From positions 1,792,001-1,856,000 of the forward strand of contig CAWIIB010000001.1 in the NCBI GenBank assembly GCA_963836075.1: a stretch of DNA of 64,000 nucleotides, read 5' to 3'. Made by a program: the position numbers and the translations under genes. Shown here in pieces: positions 22,876-34,428 of this stretch. The stretch comes from an uncultured Acidobacteriota bacterium (GTDB taxonomy: Bacteria; Acidobacteriota; JAQAZP01). The notes beneath the pieces are model-generated. The model saw only the letters and a program-made list of their open reading frames with translations, was not told where the DNA came from and did no database searches. Positions within the stretch are counted from its first letter, which is position 1; each line of letters opens with the position of its first letter.

Positions 22876-25077
22876 TTACTGCAGATAGCCGAGGGCCTTG
22901 AGGTTGGCGATCTCGTCGTCGGAGAGCACCACCGGGTCGGGGTCCACCCGGGACTGGCGGGCCGCCTCGGCTTCGCGGCGGTAGGCGTCCACCCTTTGGG
23001 CCAGCGGTTCGGCAATGCCGGGGAGTGAACCGATGAGGTTGTCCCGCTCCAGGGGATCGGCTTCGATATCGAAGAGCGCTTCGCCGTGCCACGGGTCCAG
23101 ACGCAGGATGTACTTGTAGCGGCCCTCGATCAGGCTGTACAGCACATGGCCGTCCAGATTCTCTTCGGCCAGCACCTCCCCCGTGGACGGCCGGCGTCCC
23201 GCATCCAGGTCGGCGGCAAAGTTGACCCCCGCGGTGGGCGGCGCCGGCAGGCCGAGCCAGTGCAGCAGCGAGGGCATCAAATCGACCTGGCGCACCCGCT
23301 CGTCCACCACCTGGCCGGAGAGCCGGCCCCCGGGCAGGCGGATGATCAGCGGCAGTTCGATCTGTTCGCCGTAGAGTGTCCGGCCGTGACCCCAGTCCTG
23401 ATGGTCGCTGAACTCCTCACCGTGGTCCGAGGTGACCACCAGGACTGAACGGTCGTAAAACCCGCTGGCCCGCAGCCGCTCCACAAACTGACCGAACACC
23501 GCATCGTTGAAAGCGATTTCACCGTCGTAGAGATCTACCGCCTGCCGCCGGTGGCGATGGAAGTCCGGCTCGGCCAGGGTTTCCCGCTCACGCAGTGTGG
23601 GCACGTCCGCATACTGCTGGTACGGTCCGCTGTAGTCCCCGGTGAACTGCGTGTCATAAGGCGGGGGGGGCGAGTAGGGATCGTGCGGATCGATGGTGTG
23701 GACAAAGAGAAAGACCCGCTCGCCGGCATTCCGCTCCAGCCAGGCAAAGAGGTCCTCCACCAGCTCCGCGGTCATCATCCCCCGGTCCTGGTCGCTCCGC
23801 TCCACCCAGTAGCCCCACACCTCGTCGAACCCGCGGATCAGGCCCCAGTCATCGGCGTAGAAGTTGCCGTTGGACGAGAAGGCCACGGTGGTGTAGCCGT
23901 GGCTCTTCAGGTGCTGGGCCAGGGTGGCCACGTCGGGCAGCAGCCGGTCCTCGCGGCCCACCGCGCCGTGGGATGAGGGGTAGAGGCCGGTGAGCAGGGA
24001 GGCGATGGACGACTTGGTCCACGAGCTCTGGCCCGACACATGTTCGAAGCGCAGACCCTCCCCGGCCAGGGCGTCCATGTTCGGCGAGGTGTCCCGCGGA
24101 TACCCGTAACAGGAGAGATGGTCCGCGCGCATGGTGTCCACCAGCCAGATGATCAGCGGCGGTTGCGGGTCATCACCCCGGGCCGGCAGCATCCGCGGCT
24201 GGCCCCAGCCGATCTCGCCGGCGATGGGCCAGTGGGTTTCGCCCTCGAAGCGGGTGATGAAGATCAGCTCCACGTCGCTGCCGGCAAAAAGCGTCAGGTC
24301 CACCTCCGCCGACTCCATCATCACATCTTCCTGATCCTCGCCCACCCTGACCGAGCGGTGGAACACCTTCTCCTTCAGCGGCGGGCAGACGGCCATGATG
24401 TCGAAGTGCAGCACACCCTCGGGCGGCCGGGCCGGCGGCCGGCGGTAGAAGGTCTCGAAGACGAGGCGCGACCCGTCCCCGGGACGGACCTGGTAGCTGA
24501 TTCGCGTGGGCGGCATGGCCGGCAGCAAGGGGACCCGCCGCCGGCCATCCACCACCGACATTTCAGACAGCGGCAGGACCAGGCGGTTGAGCCGGACCAC
24601 CGAGGTCCGGGGCACTTCAATGGCCAGCAGGTTGTTCCGCGGCTGGAGATCGTCCCCGCCCACGGTCCAGGCATGGCTGGTGGGCCCCCGCCGCAGTTCC
24701 GGCCGGCCCAGTGTCCGGCCGTTCAGCGTCACCAGCACCTCGCAGGGCGGGTCGGCACGGAGGGTCAACTCCAGTTCGAACGGCCCGGTGCCCCAGGGGC
24801 GGTCGAAGCGCAGTACGCCCCGGCCCTGGACCGGCGTGCCGGGTCCGCCGTCCTCCAGGTCGAACCCGCTGTCCAGGTAGCGGCAGTGGCGCCAGCCAAA
24901 GTCGGTCCGCCGCCCCAGCTTCGCCCTTGCGGGGTCGAAACCGGCGATGAAATCGAAGTAGGCGCCGGCAGTGGGATCCGCATCACGGTTGACCACCGGC
25001 TCCGGACTGCAGGAGAGAAGGGCCAGGAGCAGGGATAAGATCAGAGGGATTCCGGCTGTCCGTGAGAGCGTATTCAT
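22876..25077 (-). CDS. Sulfatase-like hydrolase/transferase (alkaline phosphatase superfamily), lipoprotein
   Basis: Lipobox-like LLSC; VDTMRADHLSCYGY, SSWTKSSIASLLTG, DPHDPY, YDGEI, TSDHGEEF, C-terminal LKALGYLQ. Confidence 0.88.
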   Translation of the reverse strand: MNTLSRTAGIPLILSLLLALLSCSPEPVVNRDADPTAGAYFDFIAGFDPARAKLGRRTDFGWRHCRYLDSGFDLEDGGPGTPVQGRGVLRFDRPWGTGPFELELTLRADPPCEVLVTLNGRTLGRPELRRGPTSHAWTVGGDDLQPRNNLLAIEVPRTSVVRLNRLVLPLSEMSVVDGRRRVPLLPAMPPTRISYQVRPGDGSRLVFETFYRRPPARPPEGVLHFDIMAVCPPLKEKVFHRSVRVGEDQEDVMMESAEVDLTLFAGSDVELIFITRFEGETHWPIAGEIGWGQPRMLPARGDDPQPPLIIWLVDTMRADHLSCYGYPRDTSPNMDALAGEGLRFEHVSGQSSWTKSSIASLLTGLYPSSHGAVGREDRLLPDVATLAQHLKSHGYTTVAFSSNGNFYADDWGLIRGFDEVWGYWVERSDQDRGMMTAELVEDLFAWLERNAGERVFLFVHTIDPHDPYSPPPPYDTQFTGDYSGPYQQYADVPTLRERETLAEPDFHRHRRQAVDLYDGEIAFNDAVFGQFVERLRASGFYDRSVLVVTSDHGEEFSDHQDWGHGRTLYGEQIELPLIIRLPGGRLSGQVVDERVRQVDLMPSLLHWLGLPAPPTAGVNFAADLDAGRRPSTGEVLAEENLDGHVLYSLIEGRYKYILRLDPWHGEALFDIEADPLERDNLIGSLPGIAEPLAQRVDAYRREAEAARQSRVDPDPVVLSDDEIANLKALGYLQ

Positions 25078-25231
25078 CGACCCTGCTGTTTGAGACGGAT
25101 GGGAAGCGCTAATCGGCGCCGCGACAACTACCGCGCCAGTATAGGTGAGGCGTCAGGATGGTTCAAGACGGATGGGCGCACCAAACCCGCCATCGGCCGG
25201 CATCAGACACCGGTTCCCGAAAAATAACGGC

Positions 25232-25801
25232 TCACAGGGGCCGCTCCGGCGGTTTCGGCCCCCCGGGGAACGTATCGGGATGCGGGGGATAGCCGTGGTC
25301 CATCTCCGCCACCCGGTGTTCGCGGACCGCCACCGGCTCGGTGGTTCCGGCCCGGGGCGTGCGGATGGTGAGCACCGCCGGGCCGGCCAGGCGGACAACC
25401 CGCTCGGCCACCGAACCGTAGACCACGTGCCGCCATCCGGTGCGGCCGTGGGTGGCGATGACGATGAGGTCCACCTCCTCGTCGGCCGCCACCCGCACGA
25501 TCTGGTTGGCCGGGTCCCCCTCGGCGATCAGCGTCTTCACCGGCACCTCCTTGGGCAACCGCTCCCGTACCACCTGCCGGATCGAGCCCTCGGCATTCTC
25601 CTTGAGCACCCTCTGGTGAACGGCGACATTGAACCCGGAATGATCGCCGATCGATACCGCTGCAGTGGGGATGGGTTCCACGACGTGCACGAGGATCAGT
25701 TGGCCGGAATAGCTCCGGGCCAGGTCACAGGCTGCATCAAGGCCGGCATACGACGGTTCGCTGAAGTCGGTGGAGCAGAGTATCTTTTTGAAACTCAACA
25801 T
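25232..25801 (-). CDS. Universal stress protein (UspA family)
   Basis: KKILCSTDFSEPS, GDPANQI, DLIVIATHGRTG, GSVAERVVRLA; RBS AGGAGGAGG. Confidence 0.9.
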   Translation of the reverse strand: MLSFKKILCSTDFSEPSYAGLDAACDLARSYSGQLILVHVVEPIPTAAVSIGDHSGFNVAVHQRVLKENAEGSIRQVVRERLPKEVPVKTLIAEGDPANQIVRVAADEEVDLIVIATHGRTGWRHVVYGSVAERVVRLAGPAVLTIRTPRAGTTEPVAVREHRVAEMDHGYPPHPDTFPGGPKPPERPL

Positions 25802-25905
25802 CGTCCTCCTCCTTTCCAGTTCGCGAACGCCACACGGCGCCGCCCTCTCCACAGCTAAATATAGGCGCCGCAAAGGAGGGGGACAAGGAAAATAATTTTC
25901 CCGGC

Positions 25906-28002
<2,097 letters not shown>

Positions 28003-28209
28003 GCGAAACCTCCATCCTGATTCTTGTCAGCGGGTCGGCCCCTGATTCGAGGCCCCCATCGCCACCAGTTCTCCAGATTATCACATCGTTGCGCGCCTGC
28101 GCAGCACGGCCGGCGCTCCAGGCTGTTTCCGTTTCCCGGCCGCTATGCTAGACTGGTTTCCGGATTTTAAAAAACCGGAATTTCATCCGGAAAACGGAGC
28201 AAGAGATAG

Positions 28210-30276
28210 GTGTACAAAGTTGCCCTCCTGGAATCACAGGTCCTGCGTGAACTCCCGCATCTCGGTATGGCGCTGCTCCATTCCGATCTGAAGAACCGCG
28301 GGGATGTGGAGGTGCGTGCCGCCTGCGTGGGGCGGGACAATACCGCAGCCGCTCTCGACTTTCTCGAAAAAGGGCAGTTCGACATGGTGGCCATGGACTG
28401 CCGTTTCCCACTGGTCTTCCCGTCACAGATCAAGCAGCGCCTGCCCGGGTCCGCGATCGTGGTGGGGGGACTGGGCTATTACAACATGCTGACCAAGGGC
28501 CGGGCCGATTTCGCGGTCACCGGCCCGGGCCGACTGGCGCTCCGCCGTCTGATCGACACGCTCACCGGCAGGGACGGCACCCTCCTGTCCGATGTGCCCA
28601 ACCTCTTCCACTGGGTCAACCGCCCCACCAGCGGAGTGGGACCGGGAGGAGGTCCCATCGACTATTCCGGTATCGACGCCGGTTACGATCTGGAGAGCGA
28701 GCTCACGCCATTTACTCCCGATTTCGGTTTCACGCCGCTGGGCATGGAAACACAGCAGCAGCTGGCCCGGTCAATGGACACCGCCCCACCGGCGGTGGTG
28801 GCCGAATTCGGCTGCCCGCACAAGGGGTTCGCCATGGCCGATATCCTTCCTGCACCGGACCTGGAACCGGCCGAAGCGACCTTCACCAGCCGGGGCCGGG
28901 ACAAGATCATGAGCATCATGGACCAGCGCTGGAAGGGCGGTTGCTCCTTCTGCGTCTACCAGAACGCACCGATCCAGCCGGTGGCAAAAACAGTGGACCT
29001 GCTGATCTCGCAGATCGAATACCTGCAACAACACCAGGGGTTCACTTCCTTTTCCGTCCAGAGCGAGGCGCCGTTCCGCTTCCTGATTCCCCTCCTGGAA
29101 CGTCTATGCGATTCGAATCTGGAGGTACGGCACCTGCTGATCCGCGGCCGGGCCTCCTCGTTCCACCGGCAGCGGGGCACGCTGGAGAAGGCCGTGGCCC
29201 TCGCGCAGGCCGGAGACCTCACCCTGGTCAGTTGGCAGATCGGCTACGAGAGTTTCTGCCAGCCTCAGCTGGACCTCTACAACAAGGGCACCAGCGCCGA
29301 GGAAAACCTTTCGGCGCTAAAGTTCAACCGCGCGTTGGCCCGCCGGAACCCGAAACACTTCCTCGATCTGAACATCACCCACGGGATGATTCTCTGGAAC
29401 CCCTGGACCACCTTCGAGATGCTGAAAACCGATTTCAACATCATCTGTCGCCACATGCCCGAACGCCTGGTTCTCTCACCGGTGATCGGATCCACCCTCG
29501 AGTTGTTCGACCCCTTCCTCCCCCTCTATCAGAAAGCCCGTCTCGAGGGCCTGCTGCGAAAAAAGAAGTGGGAAATTGACGAATTCCGGATGGCCGACCC
29601 TTCGATGGAAGTGGTGCGCCGGGTGATCGTCAAGACGCTGGCCCGTATCGACAAGGCCCTGCCCCACGAGTTGCGGACCGACGTCGCTCTTTTCGCACCG
29701 ATCATCGCCGGTCTTTTCTCCGCCATCCTCCTCCGGCTGGAGGAGCAGTATTTCAAAACAGGCGCCCCGGACAGCGGCTGGCATGAGCTCCTGGAGCCGG
29801 AAATGATCGACGGTGAAGCCGACCGGCGGGCGGTTTCCTTCATCGCCCTGGAGGAGAAGGCAATTCGGAGCCAGTTGAACGGGCGGGTGGCTTTTGTGCA
29901 GGCCGTACGCGAAATCCACTTCTTTGCCGACCGTCTCCAGGCAAAGGGCGAAACCGAAAAGATCCCGTCCCGGTCAGGCCCCCAGGAGACCATTGAAAAA
30001 CTGGATGCACTGAAAATCAGGTTCGCCCAGCTCGCCGGTCCATGGAACTTCGAGATCAAAAATTTTGCCGAGCAGGCAATGGTCATTGACCGCAGCACGA
30101 ATAAAATGACCCCGATGGACCGGGTCATGTTCGCGTTGGTCCAGATCAAGATCCAGGGGATGGAGATGGGAGAAATCCTGGACGAGGTTCTGCGGCGCGA
30201 CAATTCCCTGGTCTGGCTCATCCTCCACCGGGCCGGACAGGCATTCGATTTCCTCGAGGCCTCCCGCGCCGCCTGA
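28210..30276 (+). CDS. B12-binding-domain radical SAM protein with split cysteine motif
   Basis: Cobalamin-binding-like N-terminus (PHLGMALL, IVVGG, DFAVTGPG, VPNL); FGCPH...GGCSFC; IGYESF...LDLYNKGTS; GMILWNPWTT. Confidence 0.78.
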   Translation: MYKVALLESQVLRELPHLGMALLHSDLKNRGDVEVRAACVGRDNTAAALDFLEKGQFDMVAMDCRFPLVFPSQIKQRLPGSAIVVGGLGYYNMLTKGRADFAVTGPGRLALRRLIDTLTGRDGTLLSDVPNLFHWVNRPTSGVGPGGGPIDYSGIDAGYDLESELTPFTPDFGFTPLGMETQQQLARSMDTAPPAVVAEFGCPHKGFAMADILPAPDLEPAEATFTSRGRDKIMSIMDQRWKGGCSFCVYQNAPIQPVAKTVDLLISQIEYLQQHQGFTSFSVQSEAPFRFLIPLLERLCDSNLEVRHLLIRGRASSFHRQRGTLEKAVALAQAGDLTLVSWQIGYESFCQPQLDLYNKGTSAEENLSALKFNRALARRNPKHFLDLNITHGMILWNPWTTFEMLKTDFNIICRHMPERLVLSPVIGSTLELFDPFLPLYQKARLEGLLRKKKWEIDEFRMADPSMEVVRRVIVKTLARIDKALPHELRTDVALFAPIIAGLFSAILLRLEEQYFKTGAPDSGWHELLEPEMIDGEADRRAVSFIALEEKAIRSQLNGRVAFVQAVREIHFFADRLQAKGETEKIPSRSGPQETIEKLDALKIRFAQLAGPWNFEIKNFAEQAMVIDRSTNKMTPMDRVMFALVQIKIQGMEMGEILDEVLRRDNSLVWLILHRAGQAFDFLEASRAA

Positions 30277-30289
30277 TGGGCGAAAATTT

Positions 30290-30329
30290 CCTGTAACTTT
30301 TCCGCCGCCTCGACACTCTTAGTTACAGG
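30290..30329. promoter_or_regulatory. 9-bp perfect inverted repeat; candidate operator or ECF-type promoter
   Basis: CCTGTAACT-N22-AGTTACAGG; also reads TGTAAC-N16-CACTCT upstream of the small ORF. Confidence 0.45.
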
Positions 30330-30431
30330 CGAAGGTTTTCAGGGGAGATCGGTCTCTCCAGCCAGGGCACTCCGCGACCCCGCCGGGCGCGGTAATAATA
30401 CTATTCCCTCTATTGTTTCGGAGAGTGAGCA

Positions 30432-30725
30432 ATGAGACTGGTCAAGCACAAGAACCGCACGCCCAACCGGGAGTGGGGATGCCCCAGAACAAAAAGCCGC
30501 ACCAACTGGTGCTACGCCCTCTGCACACCGGAGAACGGCATCGGCGAATGCGGCCGCCCGGCCTTCCACGCCTACCGCGGCCGGCTTCAAAAGGCGATCC
30601 TGGCCCAGCGCCAGCGGCAAAAGGAACTGGAAAAGAAGGGGATCACCCCGCTGCGCCGTGAAGTGCGCCTCAAGATGACCCCCGCCCCGGTGTCCAGGGT
30701 CAGAAAGATCCGGCAGCCACGGTAG
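30432..30725 (+). CDS. Small basic Cys/Trp-rich hypothetical protein
   Basis: ATG after GGAGAG; WGCPRTKSRTNWCYALCTPENGIGECGRPAFH; GC-biased third codon positions; 3' end overlaps the convergent gene by 26 nt. Confidence 0.65.
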   Translation: MRLVKHKNRTPNREWGCPRTKSRTNWCYALCTPENGIGECGRPAFHAYRGRLQKAILAQRQRQKELEKKGITPLRREVRLKMTPAPVSRVRKIRQPR

Positions 30726-33198
30726 TCCCGCACACCACCTCGGAAGAATACGCGTCCAGCGTGAACCAGCTGCTGGCGCTGCCGCCGCTGTAGCGGTAGA
30801 CCAGCACCGGTGTCTGCATCTCGGGGTCCGGCCCGGCGCCCACCAGCAGCTCGTCCCGGCCGTCGTCGTCCAGGTCGGCGCCGGAAAAGACCGTGGCGCC
30901 GTACTGCGCCGTCTCCGCCGGCCAGGCAAAGAAGTTGATCCCGTCCATGGGGGCCAGCGTGGCGCCGTCATAGTTCCAGCCGCGGATGTGGGCTCCGAAC
31001 ACCGGCGAGGGGCCGGGCGCGGTGACGATCTCGTCCATCCCGTCCCCGTCCAGGTCACCGCAGGTCACCCGCACACCGTAGTGGTTGCTGCCGTAAGCGA
31101 AGTAGCTCAGCCCGGGGATCGACGCCGCCGCGGCGCCGTCCACGTTCCAGCCGCGCACGTGGGGACCGAACACCGATCCGGGACCGGCGCCGGTGACGAT
31201 CTCGTCATAGCCGTCGCCGTCCACGTCGCCGCAGCTGACATTCACGCCCCACTTCAGCGTGCCGTAAGCGAAGTAGCTCACTCCGGGCACCGCCGACACC
31301 GACGATCCGCCGTCGTGGTCAAAGGCGCGCACGTGGGGGCCGAACACCGCGCCGGGCCCGGCGCCGGTGATGATCTCGTCCTTGCCGTCGCCGTCGATGT
31401 CCCCGGCGGCCACGTTGACCCCGAACTTCAGGGTGCCGTAGGCCATGAAGTTCAGCCCGTCCACCGGTGTCCCGTTGGGCGAGAAGCCGCGCACGTGGGG
31501 GCCGAATATCGTCCCCGGCCCGGGGCCGGTGAGGATCACGTCCACCCCGTCGCCGTCGGTGTCGCCGCAGGTGACGTTGGCCCCCCACTGCGAGGCGCCG
31601 TAGGCCGGGAATTCATGGATGTGCGCCGCGTCCTGGCTGCAGGGGAAGACCCGCACCAGCGGCGGGTTGCCCGGGTCCGCCCCGGGGCCGGTGACCAGTT
31701 TGGCCGGGGACTCCACGGCACTCCGCGTGGTGACGTTGATGCTGGCCAGGTCGTTGGTCACGTTGAACCCCGCGGCCAGCAGGTAGTTCATCGAGTTGTC
31801 GAGATACGTGCGGAAGCTGCTGTTCGGGTCGTCCGGGTCGGCGCTGGGATAGGGCCAGGGCGGCGAGTAGCCGTTTTCGATGAAGGCCGGGATGAGGATG
31901 TTCTTCACCGCCCAGATGTCGATGGCCACCGGGTCGAGGCCGGCCACCAGCATGTCCCTGCGGGTGGCGCCGCTGTAACTGGTGGATGGCCCGCTGTTGG
32001 GATTGGCATTGATCCAGATGCAGTCGAGGAGGTTGAGGTCGGCCATCTGGATCTCGGCCTGCAGGTCGCCGAGGAGGCCGTTGAGAATCCGGCTGTGGGA
32101 ATTGGTGCTCAGTTCCCTCGTCACAACTCCCATGTAGTGTTTGACACAGACGGTGGCGCCGTAGGTGGCGGCGTGCGATTTGAGTACCGGCAGGTTGATG
32201 AACTTCAGCTTGTCGCGGTCGTAGCTGGAACTGGGGTTGTGCCAGATGCCGTGCTTGAGGCTGATCCGGGTGCCCGAGTCGCTGGTGAATTTGGGATAGG
32301 AGATGCGGCCGGTGAAATCGGGGTGCTGGTCGTAGACGATGTAGCCGTCGTCGAAATCTCCGGCATCGAACTCCTCCACCGAGGTGTAGCGGTGGATGGT
32401 CCAGTCAAAGTGCGACACGTTGTAACCCAGGCCGGCGAAGTGGACCACCGCGTCGTGGGGCGAATAGCCGTGGTCCTGGGCGTTGTTGTTCGACCGGTCA
32501 AAACCGTTGATCGGGTTGAACTGCGAGTTCTCGCAGACCACGATCTCGCCGGTGAAGGTGTCCGGGTGGTCGACGATCCAGCGCATCAGCCCGGTGAGCA
32601 CGTCGACGTTGGACCCCCCGCGGTCCCCCCACTGGTAATTGATCTTGATCACCACCACGTCGTCGGCGGCGATGATCCCGTCCGGCCCCGAGGTGGCGCC
32701 AACGGTTGCCGACTGGTGGAACTTGAAGCCGTTCTCGCCCATCAGCCCCATCATGGTGTCCAGGCCGGGGAAGCGGTCGCCGGCCAGGTCCTGGGGGCAG
32801 TCGGTGACCTGGAACAGCTCGGCGGTGTAACCCCGGGGGGGGACCACCTCCGGCCCGCGGTAGTCCGGCACATTTACCGCGTAGGCCCAGAAGCCGGCGG
32901 TGGCCAGCAGGCCCACGGCACAGACGCCCGCGCCCACCGGGGTGCGCAGACCGGCCGACAGCCGGCGCCGGGCAGCCACCAGGGTGGCCACCAGCGGCCC
33001 GCCAAAGGCGATCCAGGCGGCGGAAAAGGCCGCCTGCTGGCAGGGGTAGGTAAAGCGGCTCGGCTTGAGCCCGCTGCGCAGGACCAGCCAGACCAGCGCC
33101 AGGAAGCCGCTGGCCACTCCCCAGCCCAGCAGCCAGACCCGGGACCAGCGGGGCAGGTTGAAGCGGCGTTCTCGATTGGTGCGGTTCTTCTCGGACAT
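30700..33198 (-). CDS. DUF362-like protein with N-terminal TM region and C-terminal FG-GAP-like repeat module
   Basis: ATG 33198 after AGGAGGAG; PSRFTYPCQQAA; DVVVIKIN; FINLPVLKSH; CVKHYMG; DPVAID; five GDxDGDGxDE-type repeats; ends VAAGSF. Confidence 0.82.
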   Translation of the reverse strand: MSEKNRTNRERRFNLPRWSRVWLLGWGVASGFLALVWLVLRSGLKPSRFTYPCQQAAFSAAWIAFGGPLVATLVAARRRLSAGLRTPVGAGVCAVGLLATAGFWAYAVNVPDYRGPEVVPPRGYTAELFQVTDCPQDLAGDRFPGLDTMMGLMGENGFKFHQSATVGATSGPDGIIAADDVVVIKINYQWGDRGGSNVDVLTGLMRWIVDHPDTFTGEIVVCENSQFNPINGFDRSNNNAQDHGYSPHDAVVHFAGLGYNVSHFDWTIHRYTSVEEFDAGDFDDGYIVYDQHPDFTGRISYPKFTSDSGTRISLKHGIWHNPSSSYDRDKLKFINLPVLKSHAATYGATVCVKHYMGVVTRELSTNSHSRILNGLLGDLQAEIQMADLNLLDCIWINANPNSGPSTSYSGATRRDMLVAGLDPVAIDIWAVKNILIPAFIENGYSPPWPYPSADPDDPNSSFRTYLDNSMNYLLAAGFNVTNDLASINVTTRSAVESPAKLVTGPGADPGNPPLVRVFPCSQDAAHIHEFPAYGASQWGANVTCGDTDGDGVDVILTGPGPGTIFGPHVRGFSPNGTPVDGLNFMAYGTLKFGVNVAAGDIDGDGKDEIITGAGPGAVFGPHVRAFDHDGGSSVSAVPGVSYFAYGTLKWGVNVSCGDVDGDGYDEIVTGAGPGSVFGPHVRGWNVDGAAAASIPGLSYFAYGSNHYGVRVTCGDLDGDGMDEIVTAPGPSPVFGAHIRGWNYDGATLAPMDGINFFAWPAETAQYGATVFSGADLDDDGRDELLVGAGPDPEMQTPVLVYRYSGGSASSWFTLDAYSSEVVCGTTVAAGSF

Positions 33199-33281
33199 CG
33201 GTCTCCTCCTGGGGTCACCCCCGTGATCCCTGCTCAGATAAAAATACGGATTCCGTTTTGTTTGATCAACGCTGACCGGGG

Positions 33282-34313
33282 CTATCCGCCCAGAGCGTCC
33301 AGGCGCGACTCCAGGCGCACCCAGAATTTCGACAACCACCAGCGGAGCGGCGATTCCAGCGGAGCGAAGAGGCGGCTGAAATACTGGGTCCGCATCACGC
33401 CCTGCCGGTTCATTTTCACCGACTGCTGGGACAGTAACGCCTCGTTGCCGAGGCAGAGCAAGATCGTTTTCAGAGCCATCACGTAGGGGATGATGCAGAA
33501 GGAGCGGATCCGCCGTTCGCCGGCGGGCAGGGCGAGGATATACTCGCCGGCGCCGCGGATGGCCGGCATCAGCCAGCGGATCATCCGCACGCCGGCCAGC
33601 AGCACCTGCTCCTTCATCTCCGGCGCCACCAGTTTCCGGGCGTCGAAACAGTCGAAGAGGCTGCGCGGGTAGAAGATGTGGCCGTGGGCATGGTCGTCGC
33701 GGACGTCGCGGAGGATGTTGGTGGTCTGCAGCACCAGCGCCAGGTGGCGGCGGTTGTCGAGGATCCGCCGGCGCCGCGATTCGGAGATGCCGTCCATGCG
33801 GGCCAGGAAGCGGTGGGTCAGGTAATCGCCCACCGTGCCGGCCACGTAGTAGCAGTATTCGTCCAGGTCCTTCTCGTCCTCCAGCACCACGTAGCCGTCC
33901 ACCGCCCGGCGGGTCTGGTAACTGGCCATGCCGCGGAACATCTTCTCCGCCTCATCCAGCAGCGCCGACCGGGCATCGTCGGTGAGCGCGGCGAACTCGG
34001 CGATCACCTGGTCGCTGTGGCCGAAGAGGCCCAGCTCCCCATCGGTGAGCGCCTGCCAACCGGATACGTCGTGATGGGCCAGTTCCTGCTGGAACGAGGC
34101 GCCACGCCGGAAGCAGTCCAGAAGCTGATCCAGAAGATGTTGTTTTTCAGCAATTTCCAGGGAGGAGGTGTCTTCGATGTTGTCGCCGAGACGGAAGAGC
34201 AGGTAGGCCACCTGGACCTCGCGCCGCAACGGTTCGGGCAGCCGGTCAATGACGAAGGCAAAGGAGCGCGAAACGTTCAATACCTGTTCATCGATGAGCT
34301 GTGACCTGTCCAT
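33282..34313 (-). CDS. Squalene/phytoene synthase family protein (SQS-like)
   Basis: VSRSFAFVI, AYLLFRLGDNIED, YCYYVAGTVG, LQTTNILRDVRDD. The true start is probably ATG 34313; the longer track ORF overlaps the upstream gene. Confidence 0.88.
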   Translation of the reverse strand: MDRSQLIDEQVLNVSRSFAFVIDRLPEPLRREVQVAYLLFRLGDNIEDTSSLEIAEKQHLLDQLLDCFRRGASFQQELAHHDVSGWQALTDGELGLFGHSDQVIAEFAALTDDARSALLDEAEKMFRGMASYQTRRAVDGYVVLEDEKDLDEYCYYVAGTVGDYLTHRFLARMDGISESRRRRILDNRRHLALVLQTTNILRDVRDDHAHGHIFYPRSLFDCFDARKLVAPEMKEQVLLAGVRMIRWLMPAIRGAGEYILALPAGERRIRSFCIIPYVMALKTILLCLGNEALLSQQSVKMNRQGVMRTQYFSRLFAPLESPLRWWLSKFWVRLESRLDALGG

Positions 34314-34428
34314 GACGTCCGACCCTGAAGCGCACTTCCGCAAATTTACCACTGATAATGCGGTCATTGTAACGCAGCAGCGTCCGTCCGTCGAATAAAA
34401 ATCCGGCCGGTGGATGACCCGGAGCAGG

